Position numbers and translations under genes: made by a program | Shown here: piece after piece, positions 55,246 to 64,000 of the stretch | How the letters are laid out: each line of letters begins with the position of its first letter | Position numbering within the stretch: position 1 is the first letter of the stretch | Notes under the pieces: generated by a model | Databases searched by the model: none | What the model saw: only the letters and a program-made list of their open reading frames with translations | What the model was told of the DNA's origin: nothing | Assembly (NCBI RefSeq): GCF_006345805.1 | Contig: NC_043017.1 | Coordinates: 30,008,001 to 30,072,000, forward strand | From: Octopus sinensis | Taxonomy: Eukaryota | DNA: 64,000 nucleotides | Direction: 5' to 3'

Positions 55246-56297
55246 AGTACAATACAAATAAAATAAATACCAAAGAAACTAGTATAAAACCTTTGCTTAA
55301 TTTACTTGACGCTGTTTACTTTAGTCATGGCTTTCCAATTTAGACTGATATAAGGAATTTATTGTACCACACTCTAATGTTACAGGTTATATAAAATCTC
55401 ATTCGAGCACTGATAGACAGCTCACACTTGTAAATATGGATTTCTTCAGCAAACGAACAGAACACTGTGACAATATATTATCCAAGCAAAATTTCATGCT
55501 TTTGTGCACTGTCCATCTATACGTTTTGTGATCGATAGGAAGAAAATGGTTTAAATAAACCGTACACGAAGCGAACGATGGAATGTAACTGATACAGCTA
55601 TTGACCCTAGGTTATCTGATGTGTATTTTGATTAATAGTACATGTAAGGACACATGCAACCATTGTAATAATAATTGCTGTTTGTATAGTTCGTATGGTG
55701 GTTTTCATCGTAAACGATAGTTTATACTACGGAGAAGTAAACTGGAGTTAAGATGTATAATATTGCTGAAATACTTTCCCAGGCGAAATATATTCACAAA
55801 AAAAAAAGAAAAAAATTAAAATATCCTAAAATGTAATGAAAGAAAGAAAGTACTAGTCTAACTTCTTTTATGTGTGTGCTGCTAATTTTGTTAATATATG
55901 AACGAAAATACATATGTGATCAAGTAAATCTATGTATCGCTCGAGAAATTTGTGTGTATGCATGGGCATGTGTGTGTGTGTGTCTGGGTGCGTATGTGTG
56001 TGTGAGAGAGAGACAGGAAGAGAGAGAAAGATGGAAAGAGAAAGAGAGGGAAGATTGAGAGAGAAAAGTGATAGCGAGCTAGATACATAGAGAGCGAAAG
56101 AAAGAGGGAGAGAGATAGTATTTGCATTTTTATATAAGTGTATACCTGCGACAAAACTGAAAGAAATTAAACTATTGGTCGTTGTTCGCCGTGTAAATAA
56201 CGAATTATTAACGCTAAGCACATGCTAGTCCGAATCAGCGAACAAACAGTTCGCTGAAAGTAAAACCAAGCCCATGACCGATTATGGAAATGCGAAG

Positions 56298-56370
56298 ATC
56301 ATTGCACTGTTTTCTGACGAGACACATCGTGTCGAAACATCGGTGTCCCGGAATACACTGGACCAATGAT
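56298..56370 (+). ncRNA. Type-I hammerhead ribozyme-like motif with an intact catalytic core
   Basis: CTGACGA (56314-56320), helix II GACAC/GTGTC with loop ATC, GAA, helix III ACA/TGT with loop TCGG, and a GUC triplet ending at 56347. The outer helix atcattg/caatgat pairs, but proximal helix I is imperfect. Confidence 0.75.
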
Positions 56371-56560
56371 TCAAGTATGCTATTAATACGTACTACTCAT
56401 AAAACCTGAGACTGTGTTCTGTGTCATACACAATTGTAATTTGCATACGTGCGTCCGAATCTGTCGAAATGTCAGAAGTAACATGCAGTGCATAGTTTCA
56501 CATCAGTTTTTTTCGAAGTCACGAAAAAATTTTTGTTATTGCTATGTAAAATTACATCAA

Positions 56561-56728
56561 GCTGTAGTGGCTGTATGGTAAGTAGCTTGCTAACCAACCA
56601 CATGGTTCCGGGTTCAGTCCCACTGCGTGGCATCTTGGGCAAGTGTCTTCTGCTATAGCCCCGGGCCGACCAATGCCTTGTGAGTGGATTTGGTAGACGG
56701 AAACTGAAAGAAGCCTGTCGTATATATG

Positions 56729-56761
<33 letters not shown>

Positions 56762-56987
56762 ATTTGTGTGTGTTTTTGTGTGTGTGTTTGTCCCCTTAGC
56801 ATTGCTTGACAACCGATGCTGGTGTGTTTACGTCCCCGTCAACAAGCGGTTCGGCAAAAAGAGTCCGATAGAATAAGTACTGGGCTTACAAAAGAATAAG
56901 TCCCGGGGGTCGATTTGCTCGACTAAAGGCGGTGCTCCAGCATGGCTGCAATCAAATGACTGAACCAAGTAAAAGAGTAAAAGAGTA
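56561..56987 (+). mobile_element. SINE-A, near full length
   Basis: All modules are present. Confidence 0.94.
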
Positions 56988-57207
56988 AGCTATTTCTCTG
57001 TCATTTACAACTTTACACAAACACCCACACACGCGTACACACACATATATAATGAATAGAGTAGATAAAATCCGGGTTACATATTATTTATCAGGAGAGG
57101 TAAATAACCGAGTGAGGTGTATATCGTAGGCTATCTGCAGGACAAGGGCACCTTGAAAAAAGTTACGTTTACATTGTCGTGAGAAGACACATATTAACAC
57201 ACAGAAG

Positions 57208-57426
57208 GCGGCGAGCTGGCTGAAAGGTTAGCACGCCGGGCGAAATGCGTAGCCGTATTTCGTCGGCCGTTACGTTCTGAGTTCAAATTCCGCTGAGGTC
57301 GACTTTGCCTTTTATCCTTTCGGGGTCGATAAATTAAGTACCAGTTACGCACTGGAGTCGATGTAATCGACTTAATCCGTTCGTCTGTCCCCTCTATGTT
57401 TAGCCCCTTGTGGGTAATAAAGAAAT
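57208..57426 (+). mobile_element. SINE-B, long-tail subtype, with a 17-bp TSD
   Basis: atattaacacacagaag at 57191-57207 and 57427-57443. Confidence 0.96.
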
Positions 57427-57824
57427 ATATTAACACACAGAAGATTCGATTGTAGTGCGTAGAGAAAATGTGTGGATGCAGATATCTTCAAAAATATATT
57501 AAATTTCCTACTGTCAATACTCTGAGTTGAGAGGAATTCACAAAAAGGTAATTTGACACTGTTGCCTTCAGTCCCACAAAGAAACTTGCCAACATCAGAA
57601 AAAACATTATGAAAAAGAAATTGGTAACTGGATTAAAGATTGACCAATAAACAATCAGTAATGGATAAAAGGAACGAATATGCAGCAAAAGAAAATACTA
57701 TAGAGGAAATAATTAGAGACCAGCCCAGGTCTGATGAAAATGCAGTAATGTTTGAGGATCTTTTCCTTTTGAACGGCAGATGCCAACACAATTTCTAGTT
57801 AAGTAAACACTTTTAAACTTTGGA

Positions 57825-58158
57825 TACTGGTAGAATGTGTTTATAAAACATCATTTTCTCTTGGTTTTATTGAGAAAATTTTATAGTTTGTAAGATATCT
57901 CACCTGAAAATCCGAGCATTTCGGCAATTTTAACCAATCGATTACCTCAATTCAACTAAGGGTTAGGGGGGGAGGTTTAGGGTTAGTTACAGGATGTTGT
58001 CTCACTTTTAGACGCAGCAAATGATTTTAGCTCAAAAGAGAGCATAGGATTGGTTAAAATTCGAAAAATTAAATTACGTTAAACAAACAAATTACAATTT
58101 TCTCAAGAATGCCAACAGAAAAAAAAATTTGTTTTTTTTTTGACACATTCTACCAGTA
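57825..58158. mobile_element. Foldback MITE with TA target-site duplication (Tc1/mariner-type ends)
   Basis: Perfect 17-bp inverted ends atactggtagaatgtgt (57824-57840) and acacattctaccagtat (58143-58159); imperfect inverted similarity continues for more than 100 bp. Confidence 0.85.
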
Positions 58159-58272
58159 TGATGGCATCAATGTCAAATATGATTTTCATATTATATTTCT
58201 TCTCTAATTTTCGGATTTCTGTTAGTTTGATAGTTTGTCAAACTTAAGGGTTTTAAAGATTCTATATTAGAC

Positions 58273-59360
58273 CTATGTACTAAAGCTGCCAGCACAGAAA
58301 CGTATGAAAGGTGCGTTAGATTCTTCAAGGACAACATGTTCAAAAATAACCCAAAGATTGCATACAGGAAGATAGGAAAACTATCGGTTACAGTAAAGTC
58401 TGTCCCATCAAAAGAAGAAATGCAGGAATTTTGGAATAAAATTTGGGCAGAAGAAAAAACACAATGAAAAGGCCTCTTGGATTGATAGAATATCTATAGA
58501 CTTAGACACCTTAGAAGAGCAAAAGTGGGAGGGTATCAAGGTAGAGTATGTAAGATCTGCTCTCAGGAAGTGAAGCACATGAAAGTCTCTGGGAAAGGAT
58601 AAAAATCGTACAATCTGGTTGAATGACTTCCCAGAGAACCATGAACTGCTAACAAAACTTTACAACAATATTTTGCAACAACCTAGCATGATCTCCACTT
58701 GGCTAGTTAATTGTGTTACGTTCCTACTTCCAACAAAATGAAGAAACAAATGAACCAAAAATTTATAGTCCTATAACCTGCTTAACAACAATCTATAGAT
58801 TACTAACATCTGTCTTGGCGGAATATACCGATAGTCTTTTAATAGAAAAGAGGTATATTCCCTAATGACCAAACCGGATGTAAAATGGACTAAGGAGGAA
58901 ATATCAACATTGAATAGAAGGACGAGAAATTGATAATAATGCATAGGGCATTACACCCTAAAGCAAACGTATACAGACTTTATATGAAAAGAAATAATTT
59001 TGGTATCAGACAAATTCTTATAGACCATTGTATAAGGAGTTACCGGAGAACGCTTGCTGAATATTTGATAAATAGTGATGAAGACTTGCTGCAGTATGCC
59101 GCGAAAGTTATAGGTGTAAATGTAGATTATATTATAGGTAAGGTAGAGTTTAACCAAGCAGCATGGACAGTTTGAAAGGAATACACAGAATGTTAAAGAT
59201 AATACAGCATCGCGGGCATTGCTTGAGCGAGGTGATTTGAAGCGTACCACCGAAAGCCTGGTCATTGCTGCACAAGTTCAGGCTGTGGCCAACAATTCAG
59301 TGAAGTGTAACAACTATAAAACTTCTCACACCCAAAAATGCAGACTCTGTGGAAAGACTG
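58273..59360 (+). pseudogene. Decayed R4/Dong-clade non-LTR retrotransposon ORF with internal deletions
   Basis: Across frameshifts and stops: FKNNPKIAYRKIG, EFWNKIWAEE, HNEKASWI, KS.GKD..WL, TWL..VTFLLP, Y.PITCLTTIYRLLTS, DQTGCK / WTKEEISTLNRRTRK, LHPKANVYRLYMKR, GDLKRTTESLVIAAQ.QA, KCRLCGK. Confidence 0.85.
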
Positions 59361-59473
59361 CCTGGTGTAATGTTATCAGATTGCGATTCATGATGAATAT
59401 ACCGGTGTTTGGTATATTTTACCCCAGTGTCAATTTGATGGCATGTACTACTCTCTCACTCTATAATAATAAT
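59360..59473 (+). mobile_element. Family D 3' end abutting the R4/Dong ORF
   Basis: gcctggtgta...tatattttaccccagtgtca.tttgatggcatg...ctctctcactc.ataataat aligns with the last ~110 bp of 14991-15498. Confidence 0.85.
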
Positions 59474-59501
59474 ATTAATATATGTATAGAGAGATAGATG
59501 C

Positions 59502-59555
<54 letters not shown>

Positions 59556-59706
59556 GTATCTCAATCCGCCGCAATTCTCCGCGTTACTGCACATTAAGTA
59601 TATATTATATATCTGCATACATATATATAAATATATCTGTGTGCGTGTGTGTCTATATATCTGTGTGAGTGTTTGTTTGTGTCTATGCATGTATTTGTCT
59701 CTCTCA

Positions 59707-59745
<39 letters not shown>

Positions 59746-59793
59746 CACTCTTATTATATACACACACACATATATATATATGTATGTGTGCGT

Positions 59794-59859
<66 letters not shown>

Positions 59860-60865
59860 GCATATATATGTGCATAGATATATGTGTGCATAGATATGTG
59901 TGTGCATACATGCGTATATATATATATGCATATATGATGCATATGTGTGTGCGCGTATGATTCTGTCTGTGTGTGCGTGTGTGTTTGTTAGTATGCTTGT
60001 GCGTGCGTGCGCGTGTATATGTGTTTACGGAGGTATGTATGTATGCGTCTCTTATTTATTTGCAAATTTCATTTCCCCATGTTTGCGTGCAAGGCGAGAA
60101 AATTGTTATTCGATGCTATTTTGCAGTTAAGGTGAAACTATACTTCCTTAATGCATATCATGTTTCTTAGAGTTTCTACTAATCTGTCAATAATTGACCA
60201 AAATGACTGCCGTTGTACTGTTGCAGATTGTCGTATGTGTAGTTTGCTATGTGTAGAGTTGTACACACGAGGCTGCATCACACGTCAGGAAAACGGAAAA
60301 CTCACATTGCAGTCAATAAAATCACCGTTTACGTATACAAGCTTTTTTTTTAGTATTTTGTTGTTTTGCTTCTCTTTATTTTGTCACTGATTATTGTTGT
60401 TGATTTTTTTTCTTTCCTTTTTAGGAAAAAACACATCATGAAATCTATTAGCCATTGATTGATATATTCGATTTCGCCCACCTTCATATTTTATTTTATT
60501 CTAATTTCTTTTTATATTTTCTGTTCTGCGTATGATGATGATGATGATGATTGTGGTTGTTACTTTTATGTTAAAATCAGCAGTGAGTAGAAATATTCTG
60601 TTTTACAGCTTTATTCGCTGTTTCTTATCTCACCATACTTAGTTCAAAACATTCTGTCATTGAATTTTCTACGTTTCCTTCCGAAAAATCGAAGAATTTC
60701 TCTGTGAGTATGTAACGAGACTGGATCACAGGTATCATTACAGACTTACACAAAATATCAGTCAGTTACGATTTAGTTACGATTTGTTGCGTTCTCACAC
60801 TTGGTCCTTCAGACGCCTTTGGTCTTTGTGAGAGCAATCGTTTAAAGCGTTATGTCTTATACACA

Positions 60866-60945
60866 ATCATCATCATTGTTCGACCGTGGTCGAGACAATG
60901 GCATTTACCATGCTACGCCAGACTTCACGGTCCATCATGGCATAA
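60866..60945 (-). mobile_element. RTE-type LINE 3' tip with an (ATG)n tail
   Basis: Minus strand reads AMMDREVWRSMVNAIVSTTVEQ* followed by tgatgatgat. Confidence 0.7.
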
Positions 60946-61158
60946 AAGTAACCACCACAATCAACATCACCACACGCAGAACAGAAATAGTATCCCATGT
61001 CATGGTTGAAATAATGCATCTGTTTTATAAATCAATAGTATAGGAATTTAAACAGAACTCAACAGATTCTCGTATAATCTCACTAGTTCTGCTTATTAAG
61101 GGACTCCATTTTTCTATGCTACACATCTACTGCATCACAAAATCATCAGTAATAATGA

Positions 61159-61756
61159 TATTTAGGGATTTTGGAGATAAATTATATTCTACGCAGAGAA
61201 ATCAAGGTCGAGGTCAGCGAGGCGTATCAAAAGAGTTGAAACCCAACCTGAACGCCAAAAAATTGATTACCGTAAGGAATATATGGCCAGTTGCGGCGGT
61301 CAGATATCGTGCGTCCATCCTCAAACAGACTAAGGAGGAACTATCTATTTCTTTACAACCCAGAAGGGGCTAAACACAGAGGGGGAAAACAGGAACAGAC
61401 AAACGGATTAAGTCGATTACGTCGACCCCAGTGCGTGAATGGTACTTAATTTATCGACCCCGAAAGGATTAAAGGCAAAGTCGACCTCGGCGGAATTTGA
61501 ACTCAGAACGTAACGACAGACGAAATATGGCTACGCATTTCGCCTGGCTTGCTAACGTTTCTGCCAGCCCGCCGAGGACGAGAAATTGATGACGCTGCAT
61601 GAGGCGCCACACCCTATAGCAAACGTAGACAGAATGTATATGAAAAGAAAGAAAGGTGGCATTGGACTAATCATTGTAGACCATTGTATAAAAAGTGATA
61701 GTAGAATGCTTGCTGAGTATTTGATAAATAGTGATGAAGACCTGCTGCAATGTGTT
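61159..61756 (+). pseudogene. Second R4/Dong-clade fragment (end of RT and post-RT region), split by a SINE-B
   Basis: YLGILE...REIKVEVSEAYQK / LKPNLNAKKLIT...VRY..SILK.TKEELS [SINE] RTRKLMTLH...HP.ANVDRMYMKRKKGGIGL...EYLINSDEDLLQ; homologous to 58885-59100. Confidence 0.85.
61345..61573 (-). mobile_element. SINE-B, long-tail subtype, inside the R4/Dong fragment
   Basis: Full head to tail; no TSD is visible. Confidence 0.93.
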
Positions 61757-62114
61757 AGTAGTTAGTAGTTTAAACCATTAGCATTTAAATGGGCCACATC
61801 AGGTCCAAATAGTCTTTTCATGTTCAAACTGCTCAGATTCAGCCTCTCAAACCTACCCTACAATGTCAAACTGAATATAAAGAATTCCATCGTCGAAATT
61901 TCAAAGCTACGAGATAATGTATGATTATTTTAAAACAATGGGAATAAATAAGTATTAAATCAAACAGGATAATCTGAATGCTAAAGGATTAACAAAATAT
62001 TTTGCCGGTTAAAAGATTCGGTTAAAATATCCGGCTGCTCTATTTCAATTCTCATATATTAAACAAGGAATTCAGTTTTTGTGATTTCGATTATGTACGT
62101 AATTGGTTTAATAG

Positions 62115-62325
62115 AATTGGTTCGTAAGGTATCGTTAGCGCGTCGAGCAAAATGCTTAATGCCATTTCTTCCCTCGCTATGTTCTGGGGTCCAGTTCTAC
62201 CAATGTCGATTTTACCTTTCATCCATTAGGGATCGGTAAAACAAGTACTAGTTGAACACTGGGATCAAATAGTCGACTCACACGATTCTTTGAAATTGCC
62301 TTCCTGGTGCCAAATGTTTGAGATC
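62115..62325 (+). mobile_element. Degenerate SINE-B
   Basis: gcaaaatgcttaatgccatttc...gtcgattttacctttcatcc...agtactagttgaacactggg. Confidence 0.65.
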
Positions 62326-63289
62326 ATTATATTCGGCACGTTTCCCGATTATGGATTTATACCTTCAATAACATATCTGTAATCAGTGCTATTGCAAAAC
62401 AAACAATGATGATTTGTAGAAACAGTCTGAGTTCCCTATTCAGGTACCTCTGCTTTCGGCGTTCAAATATCTTTACTCGGAGTTCGCTTTCTTATTCTTC
62501 TCTCGAGAATCAGTAAAGTAACAAAATTGGTTTTCGAATCTCTTCAAAACTTTATATCAAATATATTTCCATTCAGCCAGTATAGTGACACCATATTAAT
62601 TACAACCTTGTGCTCATTATCAGCATTAATACAATTTATGTTACTACTACCATCAACAATTCATCTTTAAGTTCATCTTTAAATTTCTGGTCAATGTCCT
62701 CAATTTGATCTAATGTTCGTAATTAAGAAATAAAACCATTTCCCAAAACAACTGAACTGTGTTACTTAACATCGTACAATGACGGGTTTCAATTATATAT
62801 TTTCCTTAATTTTTACCTCCGCAAAGTTACGTACAGTAATATACTTTGACTTTGCTATTTCTATACTGAATCTTCAAAATCTTTTTCACCACATTCCTTT
62901 TCCATAAGTGACAATACGCCAAAACTTCTCTCATTCAACTTCATTTAGATTTCTGCTCATTTTGGTTATTTATGTTCACTTGCTTTAAACTTTATTATTT
63001 CATCTTTTTCATTTATCCATCTCTCTTGGACTATTTCATTCATCCAACAGCTGCTAACCATACATATGTCTTTCTAAAGATTCCCCTTCTTTCATTTCCA
63101 TTATTTCTCTTCTCTGCTTGATCTTCTCTTTCATTCCTCATGTTTTTGCTCCATCTTATTCCTTTCACTTTCCCCTGCCAATACGCCCTACATCACCCTA
63201 GGTCATGAATCATGTGTGTTTGTGTACGTGTGTGTGTGTGTGCAAGTGTGTGTATGTATGTAGATGTATATATGTATGAACAATCTCTA

Positions 63290-63480
63290 GTATAACCAGC
63301 TGAAATTTCAAAGATAATCTGGAACACGACTGAGGAAAGAAAACTCCGAATGACCCGGCCTTGTTTTCTTTGTATCGTCTGTCTAGACTTATTGTTGTTC
63401 CTCTTTTGTATCACCTAACTGTCTGGATGTTTTGCTTTCTTGTCCCACTTTATATTTTTTATATATAAAAATATAGCGGC
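63290..63480 (-). mobile_element. Family F fragment
   Basis: Reverse-complement homologue of the left part of 13570-13830. Confidence 0.7.
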
Positions 63481-63821
63481 GTACGTACACTTTGGTCTCT
63501 TATATGTAAGTATATATATATATATATATATATATAAATTTTGTACGACTCTATTATTCTCTCTATTCTTTCATTCTTCCCTTCTTTCTATCATCCCTTT
63601 CACCTCTACCTCTCTCTCTTCTTTCTCCATGGGACCGGTGTTCCGCTAAGCTTAACCTTTCTTTTTTCGTTCGACTACATTCGTGCAACATCTATATTCC
63701 ACTCTGTGCCTGTCAAATTATATGCCCCTGCTGTAAGGCTTTACTTCCACACACGTCAGCTTAATTTAATTCTCTTTAGTCGAAAGGCACCTGTTGCTAT
63801 GTCCTGTTATTGCATTTGTAT

Positions 63822-64000
63822 TTGTGTAACATCCGTTCTTTTCCCGTCCTTGTTTTAATACACATTCGCTGCTTTCTTCCAAGCAATCCAATGTTCTTAG
63901 CTTAGTTTTTCCTTGGGGCTGGCCAGATTGGAGCAATCTCGAGAATAACCAGCCGAAATTGCAAAGATAATCTGAAACTCGACTGAGGAAAGACAACTCC
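63822..64000 (-). mobile_element. Family F fragment running off the window end
   Basis: Reverse-complement homologue of the right part of 13570-13830; shares ccagc.gaaatt.caaagataatctg.aac.cgactgaggaaaga.aactcc with 63297-63345. Confidence 0.75.

Overview
This is AT-rich, repeat-saturated animal genomic DNA. The SINE families and very large (TA)n/(TACA)n/(TAGA)n tracts suggest an octopus or other coleoid cephalopod; this is inferred from recalled repeat content, not from a search. I cannot support any host protein-coding exon, and almost all listed ORFs are translations of microsatellites or SINEs. Recognisable content: (i) about 17 copies of tRNA-headed SINE-A, about 17 copies or units of SINE-B, two SINE-C and one SINE-E (working names); (ii) 3' fragments of CR1, CR1/L2-group and RTE LINEs, two decayed R4/Dong-type LINE pieces and a probable Penelope GIY-YIG relic; (iii) a TA-flanked foldback MITE, several local direct and inverted duplications, and a 100-N gap. 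The best lead is a set of minimal type-I hammerhead-ribozyme-like motifs with palindromic helix III. One has an intact core (56314-56347), one ends a Pol III tRNA-headed SINE (29451-29496) and one lies in a 200-bp element nested in a SINE (39869-39902). Other leads are a SINE/LINE shared 3' stem-loop with compensatory changes, a doubly deleted R4/Dong LINE joined to a (TAA)n-associated repeat, a ~175-bp duplication flanking one SINE, and SINE-B multimers with a recurrent junction.
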